From Candidatus Nitrosotenuis cloacae (GTDB taxonomy: Archaea > Thermoproteota > Nitrososphaeria > Nitrososphaerales > Nitrosopumilaceae): DNA of 32,000 nucleotides. Positions 1 through 7,548 of the stretch are shown here, piece by piece. The notes under the pieces were generated by a model. The model saw only the letters and a program-made list of their open reading frames with translations, was not told where the DNA came from and searched no databases. The DNA is taken from assembly GCF_000955905.1 (NCBI RefSeq), contig NZ_CP011097.1:924582-956581 (forward strand), read 5' to 3'. How positions within the stretch are numbered: position 1 is the first letter of the stretch; every line of letters starts with the position of its first letter. Both the position numbers and the translations under genes were made by a program.

Positions 1-1217
1 AGCTCTTCCTGTGATGGGAAATCAATTCCGGCATAGCAGGGATATTTGATTGGTGGATATGTAATTAGCATGCTGATTTTTCTAGCACCTGCTCGTCTTA
101 GCGCCTTGATGATTGCCTTTGAGCTGGTACCTCTGACCAGACTGTCATCAATTATGATTACGTGCTTTCCGTTTATGATTTCGGTAATTGGTATGATCCA
201 GCGATTAATCTCCACTCGATCGGACTGGTGTGGCTCAATAAAGCTGCGCAGTGGTCCTTTTTTGCTATATCTGTCCTTGAGTAGACCTTCATCGAATTGT
301 AGTTTTAGCTCTTGCGCATATCCAAGTGCGGCAGGTCTTGCAGAGTCCGGAACTGGAATGACCAAATCCGCATCAGTAATTGGGAATTTTTTTGCCAAGA
401 ACTGTCCGATTCTTTTTCTTGCGACGTAGATATTGGTTCCCTCCATCTTGGATGATGGGTGTGCAAAATACGTAAACTCAAATGAGCAATGTGCTCGCTG
501 TTTTGCTTCTGAGAACATTTCAGATTCCATTCCAGTCTTGCTGAATTTTAGGAGCTCACCCGGCACGACATCTCGGACCAGCTTTGCGCCAATTGCCGAA
601 ATGGCAGATGACTCTGATGCTACAATTGATACTTGACCGTCTTCCTTTAAGCCCAAAACCATTGGCCTGAAGCCTCGTGGGTCACGTGCTGCATAAACTG
701 CATTATCATCAGACACAAAAGTAAAGCAATACGAGCCCGCCATCTCGTTTTTTAGAATGGATAAAGCTGCGCCCAATTTTCCATTGGTAGACATTAGTGA
801 TACCAAGCGCTGGGCTGCAATCATCGTATCACTGGAGCTTTGCGGGGTGAATGTGCATCCACCAACCATGTTGGCCAATTCCGCTACATTTGCTATTGTA
901 CCATTGTGTGCAATGCAGAGATCCTTTACCTTTAGAGGTTGAGCATTTTCCAGACTGCTTCGACCAACTGTTGAATATCTTACATGTCCAATTGCTGCAG
1001 GTGATGCATATTCTTCAGTTATCTTTTGAAATTCTGATGATGCCCCTGAAACCAAGCCTAGTCGTTTTACCGGAGTCTTGTTTGGGACTGCTATTCCCCA
1101 CGCTTCTTGTCCTCGGTGCTGTAGTGCACGTAGCGCATCAATTACCATAGGAATGACATTAGAGCCATCGCGGCTAAAGATTCCAACCACACCACAATTT
1201 TCTTTTACTTTAACCAT
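1..1217 (-). CDS. purF: amidophosphoribosyltransferase PurF, 3' end off the window (about 405 codons visible)
   Basis: Absent from the ORF track because there is no stop in the window. Hand translation of the minus strand from ATG 1215-1217 gives MVKVKENCGVVGIFSRDG...GHVRYSTVG...CIAHNGTIAN...VIPVPDSARPAALGYA...VIIIDDSLVRGTSS. This shows the N-terminal nucleophile Cys of Ntn amidotransferases and a PRPP-binding DDSxVRGT loop. The + ORFs at 46-1150 are antisense to it. The start overlaps the purL stop by 8 nt (ATGGTTAA). Confidence 0.9.
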   Translation of the reverse strand, partial: MVKVKENCGVVGIFSRDGSNVIPMVIDALRALQHRGQEAWGIAVPNKTPVKRLGLVSGASSEFQKITEEYASPAAIGHVRYSTVGRSSLENAQPLKVKDLCIAHNGTIANVAELANMVGGCTFTPQSSSDTMIAAQRLVSLMSTNGKLGAALSILKNEMAGSYCFTFVSDDNAVYAARDPRGFRPMVLGLKEDGQVSIVASESSAISAIGAKLVRDVVPGELLKFSKTGMESEMFSEAKQRAHCSFEFTYFAHPSSKMEGTNIYVARKRIGQFLAKKFPITDADLVIPVPDSARPAALGYAQELKLQFDEGLLKDRYSKKGPLRSFIEPHQSDRVEINRWIIPITEIINGKHVIIIDDSLVRGTSSKAIIKALRRAGARKISMLITYPPIKYPCYAGIDFPSQEE

Positions 1218-3375
1218 GCAGTACCAGATCCCTCAGTGAATTAAACCACTTTTCATGTGCCTTATCAACCCTTAGTTTGACAATCCGTTTTTTTTGATTT
1301 GAAAATATGATTTCATTTCCTTGGAATGTGCCGATTTTTGCATGATTTACTTTGGCCTTTTTCAGATCATCCAATACGGAATCTAGATTTGATCTTTCCA
1401 CCACCAAAAGATATCTAGAGTGGCTCTCAGAAAATAACAGTTTAGCATTGTCTAGTTTTTCTTGTGGAATGTCTTGGAGTGACACCACACAGCCAATCTG
1501 GCTAGTCATAGATAGTTCTGATATGGCAACTGCTAGTCCGCCCTTTGCGCAATCATGAGCCGCTCGCACCTTTTGCTTTTGGATTATAGCTAGTACTGTA
1601 TTCATGTTCTTTTTTGATTCGGCCAGACTGATCTTTGGTGCCTTACCTCCAATGAAGTCATGAATGTGTTCATAGTATTCCGAGCCTCCGAGCTCGTCCT
1701 TTGTCACACCAATCATGACAAGTGCGTCACCTGACTCGATTTTTTGCGGTTTGAGCGGGGTTTTTTCTATCAGACCTAACACGCCAATCAATGGGGTCGG
1801 CTTGATTGGACCTTGCGGTGTTTCATTGTATAGGCTGACCTTTCCGCCAACGCATGGAATATCAAAGAATTTGCAAAACTCGGTGATTCCCTTTAGTGAT
1901 TGCAAAAAGGTCCAAAAAATTTCTGGATTTTCTGGATTGCCAAACTGTAAATGATCAACCATTCCAATTGGCGATGCACCAGTACAGACAACATTTCTGC
2001 ATGCTTCCTCAAAGCAACCCATTGCGCCATGGTATGGGTCCAAATAACAATACTTGGGGTTGCCATCGATTTTTACTGCAAGATATTTCCCATTATCTAA
2101 TCGTAATACGGCGGCATCAGAACCCGGCTTGACTACGGTTCTGATTCCAACCTCATGATCATATTGGCCGTACACCCAGATCTTGCTTGCAATATTTGGG
2201 CTTGATAGTAATCTCAGAATTGTCTTGGAGAGATCCTTTGGTGGTGTGGGCTCTTTTCTTTTTTGCAGTTCTTTGAGATAGGTTGGCTCTTTTGATGGCC
2301 TATCAAGCAGTTGTGCGTTTGCTACTATTTCTGCAGGCATTGATGCCAAAACTGAATTGCCATCAGTTACCTTCATTATTTTATCTCCAGTCACCTTGCC
2401 AATCACGGAGCAGCTTACGCGGAACTTTTTGCATATTTGCTGTAGTTTGCCAAGTCGCTTCTTGTCGGTTATTATCAGCATGCGCTCCTGTGATTCTGAG
2501 GTCATTATCTCAGAGGGCTTCATGTTTGGCTCTCTGGTGTGGACCTTGTTTACATCAAGTGTTATTCCAACGCCTAGCGCATCTGCAGTCTCTGAAATTG
2601 CGCATGATAATCCACCCCCGCCCAAGTCTTTGATTGCCTTGATTAGTCCCTGATTTCGCGCCTCAAGTGTTGCCTCTATGATTAATTTTTCAATGAATGG
2701 GTCTGGAATTTGCACTGCAGAACGGTCCTCGGTTTCCAGAGAATCTGATGCAAACTGGGCACCACCGATTCCATCTCGTCCGGTAGATCCTCCCATCAAC
2801 ACCACGACATCTCCTGCTCTTGCCTGGTTTTTGATCAGTCTCTCTTTTTTTCCAAACCCAACCGATGCGACATCCACCAGTGCATAATTAGAATAACATT
2901 TGTCAAACTCTACTTCGCCACCGACAGTTGGAATACCTAAGCAATTTCCATAGTCTGCAATTCCAGTTACCGCATTTTTGAATAACCATCTTGCATGTGA
3001 GTCTTTTTGAATATCACCAAATCTCAAACCATCTAGTAATGCAATCGGTCTTGTACCGGCAGACAAGATATCCCGTATGACGCCACCGACTCCGGTTGCC
3101 GCACCACCATATGGCTCTACAGCTGATGGATGGTTGTGTGATTCTATATGGACGGTAACGACATATCCATCACCCACATCGAGCACTCCAGAATCATATC
3201 CTTTTTCGTGGATGACGCGTGCGCCCTTGTTTGGCAACATTTTGAGATGTTTTTTTGATGACTTGTACGAGCAGTGCTCTGACCATTCAGCTGCCACAAT
3301 GTATTTTTCCGTGTCATTTGGCTGCCTGCCTATTTTTTTGCTCAGATACTCTAGTTCCTCTTTTTGGAGACTCAT
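1210..3375 (-). CDS. purL: phosphoribosylformylglycinamidine synthase subunit II (FGAM synthase, PurL)
   Basis: 721-aa ORF with the EWSEHCSYKSSK motif and duplicated AIR-synthase-like/PurM-like domains (GGVIRD, GGLSCAISE, GGLAVAISE). The 4-nt ATGA overlap with purQ upstream indicates an operon. Confidence 0.95.
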   Translation of the reverse strand: MSLQKEELEYLSKKIGRQPNDTEKYIVAAEWSEHCSYKSSKKHLKMLPNKGARVIHEKGYDSGVLDVGDGYVVTVHIESHNHPSAVEPYGGAATGVGGVIRDILSAGTRPIALLDGLRFGDIQKDSHARWLFKNAVTGIADYGNCLGIPTVGGEVEFDKCYSNYALVDVASVGFGKKERLIKNQARAGDVVVLMGGSTGRDGIGGAQFASDSLETEDRSAVQIPDPFIEKLIIEATLEARNQGLIKAIKDLGGGGLSCAISETADALGVGITLDVNKVHTREPNMKPSEIMTSESQERMLIITDKKRLGKLQQICKKFRVSCSVIGKVTGDKIMKVTDGNSVLASMPAEIVANAQLLDRPSKEPTYLKELQKRKEPTPPKDLSKTILRLLSSPNIASKIWVYGQYDHEVGIRTVVKPGSDAAVLRLDNGKYLAVKIDGNPKYCYLDPYHGAMGCFEEACRNVVCTGASPIGMVDHLQFGNPENPEIFWTFLQSLKGITEFCKFFDIPCVGGKVSLYNETPQGPIKPTPLIGVLGLIEKTPLKPQKIESGDALVMIGVTKDELGGSEYYEHIHDFIGGKAPKISLAESKKNMNTVLAIIQKQKVRAAHDCAKGGLAVAISELSMTSQIGCVVSLQDIPQEKLDNAKLLFSESHSRYLLVVERSNLDSVLDDLKKAKVNHAKIGTFQGNEIIFSNQKKRIVKLRVDKAHEKWFNSLRDLVLHG

Positions 3376-4052
3376 TTTCTTGCACCAATTGTGGCAATCA
3401 GAGACTGGAATATCATGTTCGATGGTTTTGCGTCTTTGGGGTTTAGCTCAGGCTCAACTGCACGCTCTGGATGCGGCATCATTCCGACTACGTTTCCCTC
3501 TTTGTTGCAGATTCCCGCAATGTCATTTATGGAATCATTGATGTTGCTTCCATACTGGAATACTATCTGATTGTTTTTCTTCAAAGAGTCCAAGGTTTTC
3601 TTGTCAACATAGTATCTGCCCTCGCCATTAGCAATAGGAATTGGGATTTGTTGTCCGATTTTGAATTTTGATGTAAACGGAGTATGATTATTTTTTACTA
3701 TAAGATCGGTCCAGCGGCACATGAAGTTTAGTGATGTGTTCTTTAGCAAAACGCCTGGGAGCAATTCGGATTCCACCAAGATTTGAAACCCATTGCATAC
3801 GCCTAAAACAGGCATTCCTTTTTCTGCCATCTTTTTGACATCGGAAATGACTGGACTGTGGGCTGCAATTACCCCTGCACGCAACCTATCCCCATAGGAG
3901 AATCCGCCTGGCAAAACTACGGCATCTAGATTCTTTGGGAGTTTGTCCTCATGCCAGAAATATTGCACATCCAGCTTGAACACATCCTGTAAAACATGAT
4001 ACATGTCGCGATCGCAGTTGCTGCCCGGAAAGACAATTACGCCCACTCTCAC
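3372..4052 (-). CDS. purQ: phosphoribosylformylglycinamidine synthase glutaminase subunit (PurQ)
   Basis: 226 aa with class I glutamine amidotransferase motifs: GGFSYGD, catalytic GVCNGFQ, and MMPHPER. GTG start at 4050-4052. Confidence 0.95.
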   Translation of the reverse strand: MRVGVIVFPGSNCDRDMYHVLQDVFKLDVQYFWHEDKLPKNLDAVVLPGGFSYGDRLRAGVIAAHSPVISDVKKMAEKGMPVLGVCNGFQILVESELLPGVLLKNTSLNFMCRWTDLIVKNNHTPFTSKFKIGQQIPIPIANGEGRYYVDKKTLDSLKKNNQIVFQYGSNINDSINDIAGICNKEGNVVGMMPHPERAVEPELNPKDAKPSNMIFQSLIATIGARK

Positions 4053-4075
4053 AATTCCGTTTTACTCTGCGCCGT

Positions 4076-4083
4076 TATTAAAC
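4076..4083 (-). promoter_or_regulatory. TATA-box-like element for purQLF (GTTTAATA on the minus strand)
   Basis: An AT-rich octamer lies 23 nt upstream of the purQ GTG. The same spacing recurs at most genes in the window. Confidence 0.45.
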
Positions 4084-4100
4084 CAAATTGCTACAAATGT

Positions 4101-4108
4101 TTTTTATC
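4101..4108 (+). promoter_or_regulatory. TATA-box-like element (TTTTTATC) for the CBS gene
   Basis: Lies 22 nt upstream of ATG 4131. This supports the internal ATG rather than the 3996 start, which overlaps purQ. Confidence 0.45.
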
Positions 4109-4130
4109 TAGAATTTTTTCATCCACAATT

Positions 4131-4547
4131 ATGGCCTACATCCGAGACATAATGAACAAACATGTTGTTACCATTCCAAAGGATGCGTCTTGCCTTGAGG
4201 CGTCAAAGATCCTACTAGACAAGGACATTTCGTTTTTGGTGGTAACCGAGGGTGACAATCCAATTGGAATAATATCAGAGGCCGACTATGTGCGAAAACT
4301 GGCAGTAAACGACAAGCGTGCTTCCGAGGCACGCGTATCTGAGGTAATGTCACCCAAATTCCGATGGGTAGAGCCAACCACGACAATAGAGGATGCCGTG
4401 CAAAAGATGCTAAACAACAAGATTCGAAGGCTCGTAGTACTGGAGAATCAAAAACTAGTAGGAGTTATAACACAAACAGACCTAGCGGCGCACCTTCGAA
4501 GCAGACTCTTAATCGATGAAACTGTAAAATCAATAAAGACCGACTAG
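4131..4547 (+). CDS. CBS-pair domain protein (138 aa)
   Basis: Two CBS motifs: IMNKHVVTIPKD...ISFLVVTEGDNPIGIISEADYV and VMSPKFRWVEPTT...IRRLVVLENQKLVGVITQTDL. The track ORF begins at 3996 inside purQ. ATG 4131 (MAYIRDIM) fits the promoter geometry. Confidence 0.8.
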   Translation: MAYIRDIMNKHVVTIPKDASCLEASKILLDKDISFLVVTEGDNPIGIISEADYVRKLAVNDKRASEARVSEVMSPKFRWVEPTTTIEDAVQKMLNNKIRRLVVLENQKLVGVITQTDLAAHLRSRLLIDETVKSIKTD

Positions 4548-4804
4548 AGCGGCTTTGCGGTAAATGTTACCTTGCTTACCATAGGATTGTAGATTCTCAG
4601 ATCATTGCAGAGTTTTTTGATTGTAGTCTCTGCTGATTGCTTTGTGGTGGAATTAATTTGAAACTTGAGCATTTTGGCAGAGCGCACCTTTTTGACTGAA
4701 GAAAAGCTTCCCTTGAGCACCAGATCATTTAGTATTGTTTCGCCTTCGGGGTCGTTCATTCCTGACTTGTTTTCTATTATTACTTGGACTTCAAAAAGTG
4801 GCAA
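4544..4804 (-). CDS. purS: phosphoribosylformylglycinamidine synthase subunit PurS
   Basis: FEVQVIIENKSGMNDPEGETILNDL...VRSAKMLKFQI matches the PurS pattern (V.V..K.G..DP.G). The track ORF extends to TTG 4840. A TATA-like ATTATATTA at 4826-4834 sits 21 nt upstream of TTG 4802-4804, giving a typical 86-aa PurS. The start is uncertain (4804 or 4840). Confidence 0.8.
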   Translation of the reverse strand: MPLFEVQVIIENKSGMNDPEGETILNDLVLKGSFSSVKKVRSAKMLKFQINSTTKQSAETTIKKLCNDLRIYNPMVSKVTFTAKPL

Positions 4805-4825
4805 TGAATAATTGCGGTTTTGCTG

Positions 4826-4834
4826 TAATATAAT
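4826..4834 (-). promoter_or_regulatory. TATA-box-like element (ATTATATTA, minus strand) for purS
   Basis: Lies 21 nt upstream of the TTG at 4804. Confidence 0.35.
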
Positions 4835-4850
4835 CTTCAATCAGTATTGA

Positions 4851-4858
4851 ATTTATAG
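4851..4858 (+). promoter_or_regulatory. TATA-box-like element (ATTTATAG) for the 4880 gene
   Basis: Lies 21 nt upstream of ATG 4880. Confidence 0.4.
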
Positions 4859-4879
4859 TGCAATATCGAACAAAAAGAA

Positions 4880-5356
4880 ATGAGCACTCGACACCGATAC
4901 TGGAAGATAACATCAGACGAGATGTCAAAGGCAGAATTTGATCCAGACAAGGTACTAAACTGGGAGATAAAGGGAATCAAGGAACCAGAAGAGGACGCAA
5001 TCTTTGTTGGTGTGTTTTTGTACAAAAAGGGAACTCCGCGCGACTATGACTCTATCAAGGGAATTACAATGTATCACAATAATGTTAAAAAGGAAACGGT
5101 AAATGATGTGGTGAAATTCCTCAAGGAAAAATTTGGTGGTGACCAAAAGGAAAAAAGCGAGAGAATCTTCTTGGAGGGCTCCAAGGAATTGTACTCTGGA
5201 AGGGAAATTGGCGGCCTGGCAAAAGAGCTGGAATCAAAATTCAAGCTAAACGCAATCATATCTATTGAATTTACAGACATGACCGAAGAGGAGCGCAAAA
5301 AATCAGGCCTTGCAGACGCAAAATTATTACCAATTCCTGGCAACCACCAGTCGTAA
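4880..5356 (+). CDS. hypothetical protein (158 aa, K/E-rich, cytosolic)
   Basis: Clean ORF with its own TATA. It lies 33 nt upstream of tatC. No family recognised. Confidence 0.6.
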   Translation: MSTRHRYWKITSDEMSKAEFDPDKVLNWEIKGIKEPEEDAIFVGVFLYKKGTPRDYDSIKGITMYHNNVKKETVNDVVKFLKEKFGGDQKEKSERIFLEGSKELYSGREIGGLAKELESKFKLNAIISIEFTDMTEEERKKSGLADAKLLPIPGNHQS

Positions 5357-5388
5357 CCTAAATAGCGTTTTGTTGGTATTGTATCATA

Positions 5389-6192
5389 ATGTCAGAGCTT
5401 AGCGGAATCTTTGCGCATCTATCGGAGTTAAGATCTCGGATAACCAGAATAGTAATAGCAATTGGCGCAATCATTGTATTTTTGTTATCATTTAGGGCAG
5501 AGCCATTTTTGTATGAAGGCTACAAACTGTACTATCCGTTTCCGGACCCAATGCACAACTTGGCAGCACAAATCACTAATTACATGCGAATCAGCCTAGT
5601 ACCGGAAAATGTGCAATTGATTCAGACTGCACCAGGGCAAGCGTTCTATGCTCAAGTCTATGTTGCGGCTCTGGTTGGAATTGTAATATCCATGCCAATA
5701 ATAGTTAGAGAGATGACCAGGTTCATCGCACCAGCCCTGTCCGAAAAAGAGGTTAATTCTATAAAAAAAATAGCAATTCCCGCAATCGGACTTTTTGTAA
5801 CAGGTGTGGTGTTTTCGTATTTTACAGTCATTCCTTTCATGCTGGACTTTTTGTACCAGTATGGGGAATCAGCAGGACTGGTGACATTTCTGAATGTGAT
5901 GGACTTTGTCACATTTGTATTGCAATTTTTGCTGGCATTTGGGGTTGCATTTCAGCTACCACTGATAATGTATGCAGCAACAGCATCGGGATTGGTTGGA
6001 GTAAAATTTTGGCGAAACAACATCAGATATGCAATAGTTGCCCTGATCATAGTAGGTGCCGCAGTAACTCCTGATGGAAGTGGTGTTACAATGTGGTTTA
6101 TCTCTGGCCCCATGATTGGACTGTATCTGGCAGGCATGGTTATTTTGGAGCGACGCGAGAGCAAGATTAAAAGAGTTAAATCTGAGAGCTGA
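5389..6192 (+). CDS. tatC: twin-arginine translocase subunit TatC
   Basis: 267 aa with the HLSELRSR N-terminal motif and about six hydrophobic helices typical of TatC. TATA-like CTAAATAG (5358-5365) lies 23 nt upstream. Confidence 0.9.
   Translation: MSELSGIFAHLSELRSRITRIVIAIGAIIVFLLSFRAEPFLYEGYKLYYPFPDPMHNLAAQITNYMRISLVPENVQLIQTAPGQAFYAQVYVAALVGIVISMPIIVREMTRFIAPALSEKEVNSIKKIAIPAIGLFVTGVVFSYFTVIPFMLDFLYQYGESAGLVTFLNVMDFVTFVLQFLLAFGVAFQLPLIMYAATASGLVGVKFWRNNIRYAIVALIIVGAAVTPDGSGVTMWFISGPMIGLYLAGMVILERRESKIKRVKSES
6175..6182 (+). promoter_or_regulatory. TATA-box-like element (GTTAAATC) inside the tatC 3' end, for tatA
   Basis: Lies 24 nt upstream of ATG 6207, although the intergenic gap is only 14 nt. 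Confidence 0.35.
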
Positions 6193-6206
6193 GAAATTAG
6201 TATCAA

Positions 6207-6401
6207 ATGCTACAAACCGTTGCAGGGTTCATCGCAGGGCAGGAATGGATCTTTATTGCAATAGCAGCAGGCATCATCATATTTGGTGCAAAAAAGATTC
6301 CAGACCTAGCAAGAACGCTGGGAAAATCACGCGGTGAATACGAAAAGGGCAAAATCGAGGCAGAAAAAGAGCTCAAAGACCTCAAAGAGAAGAAAGACTA
6401 G
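6207..6401 (+). CDS. tatA: twin-arginine translocase subunit TatA/E
   Basis: 64 aa: one N-terminal TM helix, then the FGAKKIPDLARTLGKS amphipathic motif, then an acidic/basic tail. Confidence 0.85.
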   Translation: MLQTVAGFIAGQEWIFIAIAAGIIIFGAKKIPDLARTLGKSRGEYEKGKIEAEKELKDLKEKKD

Positions 6402-6829
6402 GGTTTTTCCGCTATTACACAAAACTCGTCAATTATTTTACTAAATTCAGCTTGAATCTTGGATTTTGCAAAAAGGCCAGCGATCTTCATCATTCCTCTT
6501 AGATTAATGTCTGCAATTATGGTTAGCTTTGTTCCCTCTGGGACTTTGTCATATGTTTCAGATATGTGGGAGCCCTTGGCATCACCGCCCAAAACAAAGA
6601 CATCATGAGATTCTGGGTATTTTGTAACATGCTTTGTTGTCATGACCAGTTCCTTGTCTCCCAATCTGAGATGCTCTTCTACTATGGCAATGTTTTCTCT
6701 GATGGATCTTATCCGGACTGATGGGAAATATTTGGGTAAGATGTTTTGGAAATTCTCATAGTTTGCTACAATGTCAAAAACTCGTTGCCGCTCTGAGTGG
6801 ATTATTCTCTCTATGACAATCTTTGGCAA
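6398..6829 (-). CDS. SRPBCC (START/polyketide-cyclase-like) superfamily protein
   Basis: 143 aa. The I.RIIHSERQRVFDIVANYENF..ILP N-terminus and overall length fit SRPBCC ligand-binding proteins; this family call comes from memory of the pattern. TTG start with TATA-like CTTATACA 23 nt upstream. Confidence 0.55.
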   Translation of the reverse strand: MPKIVIERIIHSERQRVFDIVANYENFQNILPKYFPSVRIRSIRENIAIVEEHLRLGDKELVMTTKHVTKYPESHDVFVLGGDAKGSHISETYDKVPEGTKLTIIADINLRGMMKIAGLFAKSKIQAEFSKIIDEFCVIAEKP

Positions 6830-6835
6830 TAATTT

Positions 6836-7390
6836 CTAGCTGCCCCATCTTTTGTATAAGTCATGCTCAATGTCAAACTGGTCAAGACATTTGCCTACGG
6901 TGTGATCAATTATCTCCTCGATGGACTTGGGTTTTGTGTAAAATCCCGGAACCGGTGGAAGTATGGTTACACCAAGTCTGGCTAGCTTGAGCATGTTTTC
7001 CAAATTGATTGCAGTCAGTGGGGTTTCTCTGGTCACCAGAACAAGTTTTCTTGATTCCTTTAGTGTGACGCCAGCTGCTCGCGCCACCAAGGTTTCATCA
7101 TATCCGTTTGCTATACCAGACAAGGTCTTCATTGAACATGGGATCACAATCATACCATTGTGCTTGAATGTACCAGAAGAGATTCCTGACGCTAAATTAG
7201 AGTCATCTGAATATTCTGCGGATATGGATTTGAGATAGTCCAGCTTGTGTTCAGTCTCCATTGCAAGGCATTTTTTTGCCCACTCGGTTATTACCAAATG
7301 CGTTTGGATATTTAGCTGCTTTAGAACCTCCAGTATTCTTACTCCGTAAATCACTCCGGTACTGCCAGTGATTCCAATTACTAGCTTCAT
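6836..7390 (-). CDS. ubiX: flavin prenyltransferase UbiX (prenylated-FMN synthase)
   Basis: 184 aa. The MKLVIGITGSTGVIYGVRILEVL N-terminus and the PCSMKTLSGIANG motif are typical of UbiX/Pad1. Confidence 0.9.
   Translation of the reverse strand: MKLVIGITGSTGVIYGVRILEVLKQLNIQTHLVITEWAKKCLAMETEHKLDYLKSISAEYSDDSNLASGISSGTFKHNGMIVIPCSMKTLSGIANGYDETLVARAAGVTLKESRKLVLVTRETPLTAINLENMLKLARLGVTILPPVPGFYTKPKSIEEIIDHTVGKCLDQFDIEHDLYKRWGS
6853..6860 (-). promoter_or_regulatory. TATA-box-like element (CTTATACA, minus strand) inside the ubiX 3' end
   Basis: Lies 23 nt upstream of TTG 6827-6829. Confidence 0.35.
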
Positions 7391-7410
7391 TGTATTGATA
7401 TGGCGAATTT

Positions 7411-7420
7411 GATTATTTTA
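7411..7420 (-). promoter_or_regulatory. TATA-box-like element (TAAAATAATC, minus strand) for ubiX
   Basis: Lies 20 nt upstream of ATG 7388-7390. Confidence 0.4.
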
Positions 7421-7472
7421 AGCTGTAAGGGTGGAATGAATCTTGGACACTAGATACAACTAGACAGGTTTG

Positions 7473-7527
7473 AAAAAACTACACTAATGTGACAAAATCC
7501 CGGTAACACTTGGATTAAACTGGATTT
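7473..7527 (-). terminator. possible terminator of the giant adhesin gene
   Basis: On the minus strand, an AAATCC...GGATTT hairpin (7495-7527) follows the stop at 7549. A T6 run follows it (A6 on + at 7473-7478). Confidence 0.3.
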
Positions 7528-7548
7528 CGAATTGGGCTTTGTTATGGA

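Noticed and set aside
46-1150. Plus-strand ORFs 46-429, 433-636, 757-942 and 851-1150.
   Set aside because: All are antisense to a continuous, clearly homologous purF reading frame on the minus strand. Their composition is odd (S/L/C/F-rich) and no motifs were recognised.
1352-3671. Many plus-strand ORFs of 60-154 aa overlapping purL/purQ.
   Set aside because: They are antisense shadows of strongly supported purL/purQ frames.
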